Below the pieces are notes generated by a model, which made no database searches, was not told the origin of the DNA, and worked only from the letters and a program-made list of their open reading frames with translations. The position numbers and the translations under genes were made by a program. 64,000 nt of DNA, taken from positions 45,446,001 through 45,510,000 of the forward strand of contig NC_135759.1 in assembly GCF_052425735.1 (NCBI RefSeq). The letters run 5' to 3'. This stretch comes from Oculina patagonica (Eukaryota). How positions within the stretch are numbered: position 1 is the first letter of the stretch; each line of letters opens with the position of its first letter. This document shows positions 12,501 through 25,400 of the stretch, in pieces.

Positions 12501-14349
12501 GCTCCCCCGTTTCCCCCCCCCCAAAAAACCACCTTTTTTTTTTCTCTCCAAACCAAACCCCCCCCCCTTCTCGCCCAACCCCTCCCTCCCACCCCCCCCA
12601 AAAAAAAAATATTTTTTTATTAATGTTTTTATTTTCAGATTTAGGAGTTTAACTACAGCATTCTTTCGAGATGCCATGGGATTCCTTCTAGTCTTTGATC
12701 TGACGCACGAGCAATCATTCTTAAATATAAGGAACTGGTTAAGTCAGCTACAAACACATGCTTACTGTGAAAACCCTGATATAGGTATGGGAAACCATCT
12801 TTCTTTACATTCTCCTTAAGGCCACTTAACATAGGTGAAAATGATTGGAAAATCCTCATTGAAACAGCCTATGGGTGCTTGCTGCTCCCTAATAGAGGTG
12901 GCCGCCATATACTGACAATGATTTTAGGACGTAACATGTGATTACTGAATACAAGTTCATCTTTCTCTGGTCAGCTGGCTTTAACAAGGGTTGCCACAGG
13001 TCAGGGAAAATAAAAATTCTTGAAGGTCAGGGAAAAGTTTGGGAATTATATTTTGAGTCAGGGAAAATGGACATTTTGAAGAAAAGTCAGGGGGTATTGC
13101 TAACGTACCACTGCATCGGGGGTGTTAGTGCAAAATAGGTTTCTCCAAGCAATTTTTTCAGGTTGCTCAATAGTTCTCTTGTCCCTCTTGTAGACAGAGA
13201 CACCATTAGAGTAGAGCTTCCTGCCCAAGAACACTTGTTAACCCAATAAGAGGGTCCTGCCCAAACCTACGCTCTTGTTCCAGTGTTCAGTGACCATGAT
13301 CCAACTGCACTTAAAGAGAAAATAACTGTTGTTTATTGGAGAGCTGTTATTGACCATTGTGCAAATTGTTGTTTACGTGCCAAAATTTCTTATTTGACCA
13401 TTTCTACTTGAGCAAAGCAACACATGTATATTCTTGACTTGTTTATGTAAAGTACCAATGTGTTGTATTTCTTTTTTCAGTTCTTATTGGAAATAAAGCA
13501 GACCTGGAGGATCAGAAACAAGTAGATGAAAATGAAGCAAGAACACTTGCAGAGAATCTGGGTCTGAAGTATTTTGAGACAAGTGCATTTAATGGACAGA
13601 ATGTGAGCAAGTCTGTAGAAGCTCTGCTTGACCAGGTGAGAACTGGCTGTTGATTGCGTTGTGATTTCAGGGTTACAGTAAAAACCTGTGTGTAAGAACC
13701 TACTGGCAGAATTTTCCATTTTGATACCCCAATATATATTAAAAACCTGTTTAGCCAAGCAAGATCAAGCAGTTTCCTATACATGGGTTACAGTTACAAT
13801 TATGATAAACATTTTAACTAAGGAGTTTGACTAAACACTACATACATGTATACACAATTATCCACCTAAGCTAACAGTAGCCTAGGCTAACTAGAATGGA
13901 TCCCATGTTACTTATTTTTAAACGTTGGTGTGATATCCGAAATGGAATTTTTACCGATGTAATAACATGTAGATGTAGTTGCCTAGATGCCTCACACTTT
14001 GTGACGACCCAATAAGGATTGCTATTGCCTTTGGATGATATGTTGATCTATCACAGTCTTAAAACCCAGCAACTCTCTCATCTCTAAAGTCCTTGTAATG
14101 TTTCTTTCAAGAGTTCAAAGTTCTTTAAGGTGAACAAATAGCACTAAGTCAAGTTCCCATAACGTCACTCATCTCTATATTATTTTTGACTGATTTTTTT
14201 TTATCTTGTAGGTTATGGCAAGAATGGAAAACTGTGTCGATAAAGCCACATTACCTAATAATGTTTTTAACAACAACCCAAACAGGGGCACAAAACTAAG
14301 AGAAGTTGATGAAGCAAATGATGAATCTCAAGGGGGCTGTTCCTGTTAG
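9539..14349 (+). CDS. RAB27: Ras-related protein Rab27 (exons 9539-9691, 11765-11853, 12639-12784, 13481-13635, 14212-14349; about 226 aa)
   Basis: Motifs [64 protein letters not shown] and C-terminal GGCSC* (CxC prenylation). All introns are GT-AG with consistent phases. Confidence 0.96.
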
Positions 14350-15163
14350 ATAAAACATAATAATGTTACTTCACAAAATAATGTAATTTTAAGGTGCATA
14401 TGTAATTTTAAGGTGCATATGAAAATATTATGAATGAACTATTTTCTTTTTAAATAGGAATTTATTATCTTAATATTATGAATTTGAAAAATTGTAAATT
14501 GCCTTAACACTAAAAATTTCAAACTTGGTTTGAAATTTGTTAGGGCTAGTGTAAACATTGCAACTTCGAAATTCATTCGTTAGGTTGCATGTAGGAAAAT
14601 CACTTTTCAGTAAGTAGGTTACAAGGCAATGGTTTGCAAAGAAGATTGCTAAATTTGGACTTTCTTAGATTTAATATTTGATAATTTTAAAAATAATAAA
14701 CTAAAATACTTTCATATGCACTTTACAATGTACAACCTAGTATATAAAACTAGACCTAATTAATAATTAACCAGAACAGCTGTGGTTAGGTGTTTATAAT
14801 AGCAGTATTTATTGTGTGGATAGAGATGCATGGCAAGTTTACCATTTTGGCAAAGTCCAAGTTTTTATTTGTGATAGTGGAATGAATAAATAAATTGGGT
14901 CAAATTGCCCACAATATGGATAATTTGAAAAAAAAACATTTTCCGTATTATATATAAAATGTTTTGGCAACACAAGTGGAAACTATTTTGATCAACTTCA
15001 AACCTTTGCAATTGTTGCCTTACTGAAGCAAGCAGTTTGAAATTAGACTTTCTTACATGGAATAGCCAGTTAGACTGAATATACTGTCTTAAGTTGGTTT
15101 TTTTTTTTTCAACGATTTTTTATAACCATGGCTGTATTTATATCTTAACTACACTTCTACTTA

Positions 15164-15339
15164 CAGTCAACTCCCTCTATAACGTACACCTTCAGGACCA
15201 CCATTTGGTGTCCGTAATACAGGAAGTCCGTAGTAACGAGAGTCATTTTCAGTAATTCCTATTCGCCGGGACCTCAACCCCTGTCTGTAATAACGGGGTG
15301 TCCATAATAGCGAGGTGTCCTCACGATGAGAGTTGACTG
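15164..15339. mobile_element. Tc1/mariner-type MITE
   Basis: TA-CAGTCAACTC...GAGTTGACTG-TA termini. Confidence 0.7.
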
Positions 15340-16977
15340 TAGACTGTGCAAAGTTTCCTATTACTTCCTGGCCAAACAGTACCCAGAAGTATGTGACAGG
15401 TCTACAGGACTTGGTGATAGATATAATGCGTTTCTTTCAACATGATAGCTTATGCAATATTGTATAGTTGACACTTTCGTCACCCTTTTCCTTGCGGATA
15501 TGTGAATATTAATAGGAAAAATAAATTCTTGTCACTCTTGGGACTTAAAATGGTCAAAGAACGAAGTCTGAGTTTACTTGTAAGCAAAATTCTAAAGTCT
15601 CTTTCCAGAAACAATTTACAGTAATGGTTAGTTCCTTGCCCCCGGGTGGGGGATAGGGCCGGAAAATTAGGTTAATTATTGGCAAATTATTTGCCAATGA
15701 CTTCAGAAAACTTGGTAAAGAGAGCATTTATGAGAGTTTATGGCACAAGTCCTGGGATACAGCCAACTGCTGTTTCGGGCATTCAATTCCTTTGCAAGAA
15801 CGCTTACGCCCATCAACAACCTTTACTATTCATAGGTTTCCAAAGTGTAGGGACAAAAGGCTGGTGTGCAGGAAGCATTGTGAGGAGATGAGAGAAAGAA
15901 ATCGGTGTAGTTTATCTTAGCTCTTTCTTCCCAATCTCCATACATTGACCTCGAAAAGAGTAAAAAAGAACCCTGTACAGAGGAGAGAAACCCACCAAGT
16001 ATTACACATTTATAAGTGCCAGTCTGGTGCTCAGACTTTGCCTTGGCCCTGAGTTTCTGGAGGGGGTGGGGGTGGGCGATCTATTTGAATAACATTTTTG
16101 CCTAATAGAGAAACAAGCCACAAGGTTGAATAGAGAAACGTCAGTTTTTTAAAAGTACCAATGTCATAGGTGAGAAAAATAAATTGTACTCTTGCTATAA
16201 ATTCAGCCTTCCTGTTTCGGTTTAAAAAAAAATTTCTTATGTTGTATTCTTAATTTGTAATTATTTGTGCAATTATTTATATTCATGAAGGTCAAAACTG
16301 TTTGACTTGCAAATAGTAACAAAATAAAATGTTTTCTGCTGATAGATGGTTGATATTCATGATATAAATGTGAACTTAGTATAACTAAATGATTTGAACC
16401 CAGGTGAATCGCTAGTTTTTCAGGTGTGATTATTGTCCGGATGAGGATGCTGTACTTGACTAGCGTTTTGACAGATTGAACGGAAATCTTCTTTAGAGAA
16501 GATGACACTGATGCCACCCCCGGGTAGCAGTGGCGGATCGAGGGAAGGGGCTCGGGTCCCCACCTTATTTTCAGGCCAAACATAGTCCTGTAGGGCTAAG
16601 AAAAATTATTTTTGGGAGTAGCCCCCTTCCCCGCCCCCTCAGTATTCTTGGAGTCTGGATGATCAGCCCCACCCCCCCCCCCCCCCCCACTCACCTGAAG
16701 GCAGACTCACACTGGAGCCTGCTATACAGCCGCCACACATTCGCTCGCGCTACTGGGGCCTGAGTGCAAAACGCGAAGAGGCGTTTTGCACGTAGTAGCG
16801 CGAACGAATGAGAGGCGACTGTATTCGCAGGCTAAACCCAGGGAGAGTGACTCCCATCTGAAAGGGACGGGGATGCTCATCGTATCGAGGATCCGTGGCA
16901 AAACCACTGTCCAATAATCAGGCAAGTCAGTCCAAAAATCAGTCTTCACACTGACTCTTCAAGCCTGTATACAAGCC

Positions 16978-17222
16978 ATAATAATAATAATTTATATAGC
17001 GCTTTTTACATGTGCAGATCAAAAGCGCTTTACAGTAATTTCATTAAAAACAATAAAAAGTATGGATGTATATACATAAAACAACTAAAACCTAAAGGTA
17101 AAATACAATAAAAATTTAAAAAGATACATTTAAATGCTGATCTAAATAAAAATGTCTTAAGTTTACTTTTAAAAACACCAAGTGTCGTAATAATACGCAG
17201 GTCGGCCGGCAAACTGTTCCAT
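16978..17222 (-). mobile_element. L2/CR1-type LINE 3' end
   Basis: Encodes W(N)SLPADLR...FKSKLKTFLF, then an AT-rich UTR and a (TTA)n tail. Confidence 0.7.
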
Positions 17223-17390
17223 AAAGTAGCTCGTCATAGCGCAGTTTCTTTGGAAGCCGGTGATCTGGCATGCGAACTACATGCCCTGCCCAACAAAAAT
17301 AGCCCTGCATCAGGATGGAGGGAATACTGGGCAAATTAGCACGTGCAAGGATCTCTGTGTCTGGTATCTTGTCACGCCACTGTAGACTGT
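17223..17390 (-). mobile_element. RTE-type LINE fragment
   Basis: Encodes WRDKIPDTEILARANLPSI...WAGHVVRMPDHRLPKKL. Confidence 0.7.
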
Positions 17391-19425
17391 CAGCCAACAG
17401 TACCACTGATCAGAGTGGATTGAAGTCACAGCAATTTTTTGCAAACACACACGACTCCCTCAGTGTCCAGCAGTGCAGGTAATGATCAGCGGTTCTACGG
17501 ACTTTCCAAGCGACCCCACCCCACGTACCCTTGGACCCTTTCTCAAGTTCCCAGGTGACTGTTATCTTACTTTTGTTACTCGAGCGAAGCGAGCTTAAGG
17601 ACCGTTAGGCCGCGAAGTGGCAGAGCGAGCGACTAAGTTGCGAGAACTGAAAAGGGCCACCCTTGTCAACATCCTTGGTGCTCCAAGCTTCCTCCTGCAT
17701 GATAATGAATGCTAAGTTTCGTGTCCTTTATCATATTCATATCATGCAAGAGGTAGCTTGAAGCACTAAGGATGTTTACTAGGGTGGCCCTTTTTGTGGT
17801 GCACGTGATGGGTGGGCCGGCCCCGCGGGAAAATATGGAGGGGTAGGGGGGGACCGACCGGGAGCGGGGAGAAGACGACTCAGGAGGAGGCCCGTGGACC
17901 CGTACGTGCGCGGTAGTGACGTCCACTGCGGGGGGAGAGACTCGCGGACAAGACCAGGAGCGGGTGAAGGACGGGGACCCCTGTCTGGTTGACGCCGGGT
18001 CACCACGCCGGAGGGGACACGTACTCGGGCATGCGCAACAGGGACGGAGGGGTGGGGGGGGTCGACGGCGGAGCGACGCCTCGTCACCTCGGCGCCCTCC
18101 ATGGATGGACGGCGCTCGGGGAGGGGGGCGGGGAGGACCGGGGCGAGCGATGGGGGGGGGAGGGAGGGGGGTGGGCGGAGGCCGGGGAGGGGGGGGGGGG
18201 GGGGGGGGGGGAGGGGGGGGGGGGGGGCGGGGGGGGGGGAGGGGCGGGGGGGGGGACACGCACTCATGTCCAATGCACTGCACACAAATCATCGAGATTT
18301 TTCAATTATCATGCTCCTACCCCTGACATCCCTGCCAAGACCGAGTTATGGTTTCGACCCTTCTTGTCCTGTAGAACAGTTTATATAGCTTGTCACTCAG
18401 TAAAAGAAACGAATTTTAAAAAAAACATAATTCTCGGGAGCCGAGGTAGGGGATAGCTCGGGAGATCTGTCTGAGGTGGGGCCGCGGGGGTTGTGACGCG
18501 CTGTCATTTGGACTGAACTCTGTGCCAGAGGGTTGATCGCGGCACTTTCGACCCCCCGACCTAGGAGAGCGGCGATCTGCTATATTTTTTTTTGTGGCTC
18601 TAGCCTATCGTTTCGAATAAAATAATAATAATCAATAATACGTTAGTAGGGGACAATAATTATAATAATAATAATAATAATAACTTTATTTAAGTCTAGT
18701 CTTCTAGGTAGCCTTAGCTTACTAGTGGGGCCAGTGTTTAAACTAAAATATATATATACACGATCTCTTACATAATTCACTTTTCCACACTAACCTCCAT
18801 AGAACATTACGGTCGACATATTTAATACTTATATGTTAATCCTCCCTAATTAATTACATATTACATACTTAACTACATTGTAACCAATGATTTGTGTCAT
18901 GACTGTCAAGTGCAGGCACGCGCCTGGAGCCATAATGACAGTAATTATTGTGTTTTTGGAAGTAAACACTACATTCAGACGAATGACAGTTAGGTCGATT
19001 GTTTTTTTATTCTTCGCCGTTTTAAGGTGTTCAAGTATAGACATTAAAGGGCGATTATTTCGATCTCTAGTAAATCATTATAAACCCTGGAAATGGAGTT
19101 ATGGTTTCAGCATTTTGTTCTACAAAGGCATTTGCCATTTTTTTTTATGCCTTCATTGTCACACACGCTATAGAATGCCCTGTGCTTCAGTGTAGTCATC
19201 CACGGGCAGTTCCAAAGTTCATCAGTCCAAGACGACCAAGACTGGTTGATTCTTACTGGCACTGAGGATCTGGGACGAGTTTCTTTCCGCCATTTTAGCA
19301 AGGCTTGGTTACCTGTGCACAGCTTGTATTTCACATGCACTGTACTCCACTGCACTTCAGGTGAAGTCTTCTGCCAGATATATTCCTTTAGACCTTTCAA
19401 GCTTTTGCTTTTTGACAGTCTTAAA

Positions 19426-22400
19426 ATGTCTTTTTCACCTGGTGACTTAATCTGGGCGAAGATGCGAGGCTATCCACACTGGCCCGCGCGGGTAAGTACT
19501 ACAACAAGATGATTTGGAATCAAAGCAAAACCTTGCGTGGCTTTTAAGACCTTTTAATAATTTCTGGAAACTCGAGTAGCTTTGTTATTTCATTTGAGTT
19601 TTTTTAATCTCCATTTAGATTGATCTTGCTTCACCAGAAGAGAAGATTCCTTCCAAGAAATTTCCAATCTTCTTCTTTGGAACACACGAGACGTAAGCAC
19701 ACCCGAGGTTTTTTTGTAGATCGACTAATTTGGCTTGCAAAACTGCGGCTGCAATCTTGTTTGTAGTCTTGTTTAGTGACAGGCTATTTTTTGTTATGCC
19801 ACGGACGTATTATTATTATTATAAGTATTAGTATTATTATAAGTTTTCGTGATTACTTGATTATCTGTGTACAAAGCCTTGCAAAACACGTCAAATCTCG
19901 TTTTTCAACTGTTGTGTATTAGGGTCAAGATTTTAGTACATGTATGCTGAAGGATTTTCAACCGTGTTTAAATAAAGTAATCTATAGGCATAGGCAGTAG
20001 AGCAGAGGGGCTGTAGCGCCCCCCCCCCCCCCCCCAAGTTTTGGTGCCAAAAGTATCGTGAGCACAGCATAACATTGGTTTCTCAAAATAATTATTCTTA
20101 AAAAAAATAATATGTGAGTGAGTTCAAACATCTTCAAAATTGCCTTGGAAGTCTTCAGGAAACTTTGTTTCTCTACAGAAAAGTTTGAAAAATGATCGGA
20201 AACCTTCCTACGGCTTCGAACAATAATCAGAGAATCTTCCAAAATCTTTGGTCTAGAAACTGCTCAGGAGACAAAAAGGTTACTAGAATGGAAAAAAAGT
20301 TGCTCCAAATATGAAAATCTGCTGAGTATTTTTAGGACAGTCTTAGCCCTCCATGTTCCAAAACCCTCCACCGCCTCTGATAGGTCACTCCATATTTGCA
20401 GTTGTATCGGTAAACAAGTGCAGTTAGACTGCAAGTAATGTCTGTTCTACACAATAGTTGGCACTTTTAGACCACTGAGCTACAGGAGCCACGTGGAAGC
20501 TAGGCCATATAACTATAGGTTTAGTTGTGACAAACTGCTAGTAGTATTACCGGTATTGTTGAAGAGTGAGGATCTGCAAGGAAGTAAATGGTGGTAGTTT
20601 TGAGCTTGGACAAAGATATTATTCTTTCAGTAAATAATATTCTCATTGCCTTTCTCCATGCTAAAAATATACATGTACCATCATTTATTTCCATAATAAT
20701 TATTATTTTTTTGTAACTGGTATATATTGTTGTTGTAGATCTTAAGTAATCGTTTCCTTATCTGCTACATTCATTTTTGCACTTCTAGAGCTGTAATGCA
20801 AGCTAAAGATCTGTTTCCATATGAGAAGAACAAGGATAAGTTTTTGAAAAACTCAAACCGATCTCGAAAAGGTTTCAAGGAAGCATTAGTGGAAATTGTG
20901 GAGAATCCAAAGGTTAAGTGGGGGATGAGAGGACAGGAAGAGGATGATGATGATGACGACGACGACGATGAGGAGGATGAGTCAGCTGGAGAAGAGAAGT
21001 CAGGAGATGAAGAATCAGATAAAGAAAGCACGGATAAGGAAGTTAGTAAACCATCGCAACATGAAATGCTCACATGTGACAAGTACGACCCACACAAGTA
21101 CTACTCATGACCCACCCACCCATGCGATATAGCATCACCCGTTTATGATGGTTGTTGTAGTTATAAATTTCTTAGACATCTTTTTAACGGGTCACATGTC
21201 AGTTAATAATAATATTTATTTAAATGCTTTCTTGTAGAAGAAAACAAAAAAAAAGAAGGAAAAAAAGAAGCAAGCGCAGCAGAAGAAAACAGCCAAATCT
21301 GAGTCTCCAGAAAAGGTTTGATACTGTATCACTCTTATTACCATAAAAACTCGTGTATAAGCCGCACTCGTAGATAAGCCGCACCCCCAAATTTCAAAAA
21401 TATTTTTAAAAAAAAAAAAAAAACTGGGGAAAAAATGCCCCGTTTTTTTTAAAANNNNNNNNNNNNNNNNNNNNNNNNNNNNNNNNNNNNNNNNNNNNNN
21501 NNNNNNNNNNNNNNNNNNNNNNNNNNNNNNNNNNNNNNNNNNNNNNNNNNNNNNNNNNNNNNNNNNNNNNNNNNNNNNNNNNNTNNNNNNNNNNNNNNNN
21601 NNNNNNNNNNNNNNNNNNNNNNNNNNNNNNNNNNNNNNNNNNNNNNNNNNNNNNNNNNNNNNNNNNNNNNNNNNNNNNNNNNNNNNNNNNNNNNNNNNNN
21701 NNNNNNNNNNNNNNNNNNNNNNNNAAAAAAAAAAAGTTTTGAAAAGAAGGGGGGGGGGGGGGGGGGGGGGGTAATAATGATTGTTCATTAACCTGGATCA
21801 AGAATTTACCTTGGTCCTACATTGTGTACAGATGTAGACACTGTTACTGATGTACTATTAAAAATTATTACTGGGGACCAGCAAATTAAATGCTGGGGGG
21901 GGGGGACCTGCAATGGACGTAGGATCCCATCCAGGCAGGGGTAGAAATAGTCCTAGTTGCTTCATGCTACGAAAACTAAGATAAGCTGCAGCATGATGGA
22001 CCACTTGGCTTAAATGCACATGTTCCAAGCGACTGTTGTTTTCTTGTTCTTCAGGAAAGTTCTTTTGAAGAAACACCAGACGAGGAAAGTTCAGATGAAG
22101 ACAAAGAGGAAGTGAGTACTTTACAAACAGAACGGTGAAAAGACACAACTTATGGCAGCTTTGTTGTTATTTGATCAGAACAAACAAATGAAGTTTTAAA
22201 ATCAATTCTGCAACAGATTTCACTTTCAGTGCTGTGCATTATAAAAATTCATTTACATGACTTTATACTAACAGCAACTGAGAGGATTCTCTTGCAGTCT
22301 CTGGTTAAGAGAGCTCTATGGTTTATGGGAATATAGACCAAGAAAATGATGTAACCTGAAACACAATGTTAGGCTAATTTCAGAAAACTTGAGAAACTCT

Positions 22401-25400
22401 TGCCACTTTATCAAAACCAAAGTTCGGCAAGTTGTGAAATGTCAATTGAAACATTTAGAGTAAAATGTTCCAAAGCTTCAAGTGGAAAAACTGTAATCTT
22501 AACAACAATCTGTCACATGCTCATGCAACTTTAGGCTGAATTTCTGTCTTGTTTTCTATCAAGTGAGCATGGTTGATTTGTCAAATACATGTATCTTTCA
22601 GTTGCACTAATAATCAGTGTCATGGTACCAAGTTGTTATGATGATGATGACAGTGACATGACTGCGTAGCAATGCAATACTAATTGGAGCTTGTTTAATG
22701 AAAGGACCAGATTTTCCTGTAATACCCACCCCCAATACATTAAAGGTATAATGTGTTGTTTGTAGGAATATAAACCTGTTCCCAAGAAGAGAGTGACTTC
22801 CAAAGAGTCTGGAAAGAAAAGGAAATCATCAAAAGTTGTCAGTGACAGTAGCAGCAGTAGTGATGAAGACCAGGCTGATAAGAAAGTAAGCGTAATTAAA
22901 ATGTTGTAAGGTTATAAGACTAACACTACCAAATGAATGTGTTTATCACGCTTTCTTACCTTGGAAATTCACATAAAAATACATGCATGTACAATGTACT
23001 ATGAAATTGCAACTTCTGCATCCCAATTCAATAACCAATTATACACCCAGTCAGTCAGTCCGTCCATCTGTCTGTCTGTCTGCCTGTCTGTCTTTTTGTC
23101 TGCCTGCCTGCCTGCCTGCTGTTCTTCTCAGTAATCTGTTAGTTCTAGCCCTAATGAACGTCACTTCATGTTCTTTGTACATGTTTACCCTAAAATTACT
23201 AGTAAGAAACTGAGATCAAGGGAGATTATACACATTTATCAAGTTCTGGAAAAGGCTTTTCATTGCCCGGTATCGTAGAACTGCGGTGACACAAGGGTAA
23301 AATACATGGTACATTCTTAGTCTTCACTACCAATTATTTAAGGATTTTATTAGTTATTATAACCAATCAGGATTATGCAGTGTACCTCTTTATTTATTTT
23401 CTAACATTGTATTCCATTTGATGTACTATCACTCTTACAGGATGTAAGTGACAGTGATGAACCAAAGAGCAAAAAAGCAAAATTAAAAATGGAACCCGAA
23501 GAAAAGGCGAAGAACCAGCAGCCAAAAGAAGAAGGGAAAAAGAAGAAAGAGGAAGATAAAAATAAAAAGAAAGATGAAGAAGAGAGCAAGAAGAAAGATG
23601 AAGCTGAAAGGAAGAAACAGGAAAAGCTACAAAAACTAGAAGAAAAAAAGTACGTACTAATTGAATGTTTGGATTTCTAACTTTAATGTCCTTTAATGTT
23701 GTGTTATGTTACTTGGATGTGCAGTGTGAATTTAATGAGGGACTACATGCATATGCATGCTTTTCTGGCCCTATCCCCCACCCAGGGGGCAAGGATTTAA
23801 GAGAGACATGCATTTGGAGAGACGAATCATCACTGCTGGTACTTAAACTTTGGTTTCTTTTTGAGGAGGAGTACATGTATTGCTACTCCCCTTGGAAACC
23901 ATGCAAGATGTACACGTACCTCCATCTCAGGACATAGTGAAGTCTCACATTTTTTCTAACAATTTGCTTGTACCCATTATTACTCCTGTCTGAGAGGAGG
24001 TTTGTCCCATCAAAGTGAAATACATGTACATGTATCTTGCCCAAAAATACAACACTATGTCCCATGCAGTGCTTGATCCCTGTCCTCTTGATGTGGAGTC
24101 CAGTCCAATAGTCACTATGTCATGATTTAAAGTTACATGTACATGCATGTAGTTTGCTTAGATTATACACTGTGTGCTGCCAGGTGAAGAATTTACTCCA
24201 ATCAATGATTTGGCTTTTGTCTGTATTCTGAACGTCAAAACATTACTAACAACTTAATGCAACAGATTTCTGAGTACTAAAATCTTAATCACAGAACTCA
24301 TGAACAACTGTATGAACATTTTATTGTCATTGTTTCAGAGCAATGTTGAAAGAAAAGAAGAAAAAAGAAAAACTTGAACAAAGGAAAGCAGAGAAATTAG
24401 CTGCTGAGAAAGCTAAAATGGAAGAGAAAGAAAAAGAAAAGCAAAGAGAGAAGCAAGAGCGGGAAAGAGAAAAGGAGAAGTTACGAGCCAGACAAGAGAG
24501 AGAGCGAGAGAAGGCAAGGGAAAGAGCAGAACGAGAAAAACAGAAAGAGGAAGAAAGAAAAGAAAGGGAAAGAAGAAAGTGTAAGTAGTGAAAAAATTCA
24601 GCAAGATGTGGTTCCTGGCTGTTAACAATATTATGATCATAATGATGTAAGCTCAAATGTGGCACTGTTTGATTGCTTCACTTATGATTTTTTTGTGTAC
24701 AAACCTTTGTGTTGGGAGAATAGCGAGCTTGTAAACACTGTAAGTTCTTTATTAATGGCCTTCCTCAGGCCCTTCATTGAAGTGATGCTAAAAATATCAG
24801 CTGCTAAGAGTATTATAACGTATAATGTCAGCTTTCATGTTCCAAGTATGACGCTTACATATGTATTCTTCCATTAGCTACACCGCCCACTGTGGAAGAG
24901 ATATTGGACAAAATGAATTATGAACTTGTGATGTCACTGACAGTAGAGGCTCCTGTAAGTAATTTACAAGTCAGGACGTCCTCAAGCGTCCCTATATTTC
25001 CTATTTTTTTTCAACCCCCTTTTTTTTCCCTAAATAGTTTAGAAAAGCCCTATAATTCCTATAATTCAAAGGACCTCAGTCAGCTACACTTTGAAATCGG
25101 TGAAATCTGCAATTTTCATTGCCCTCAAAATAATTATGAAAGTTGTATAATGAAGCAAAGTCTTATTTGCATTGTTCTTCACATTTACTCCCGCCACACC
25201 CCAAATTCAAATTTGATAAGGCTATAAAGAGCTCCATACATGACATGTTGAAAATACTTGAAATCCCTATATCGCTCTATATTTCTTTAAAAACTTCCCT
25301 ATATTTTGGCAGGAGGCCACTTGAAGCACTGAAGTGTTTACTGTAACTCAACAATGCATTAAGAGTAAAGAATTTTTTTTCTTCAATGAATGAAGAGTAA

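Noticed and set aside
12335-12638. Pro/Phe-rich ORFs in the Rab27 intron before exon 3
   Set aside because: A SINE-like insertion corrupted by homopolymer errors; the true exon starts at 12639.
17666-18456. Several Pro/Gly-rich ORFs on both strands
   Set aside because: By-products of G homopolymers and GC bias; no splice structure or domain.
19107-19400. 97-aa minus ORF upstream of HDGFL2 as a possible divergent gene
   Set aside because: No recognisable domain or downstream exons. It overlaps the likely promoter/5' UTR (YY1-like CGCCATTTT, and an acceptor just before the ATG).
21216-21801. ORFs spanning N runs (also 26041-26476)
   Set aside because: Artefacts of assembly gaps.
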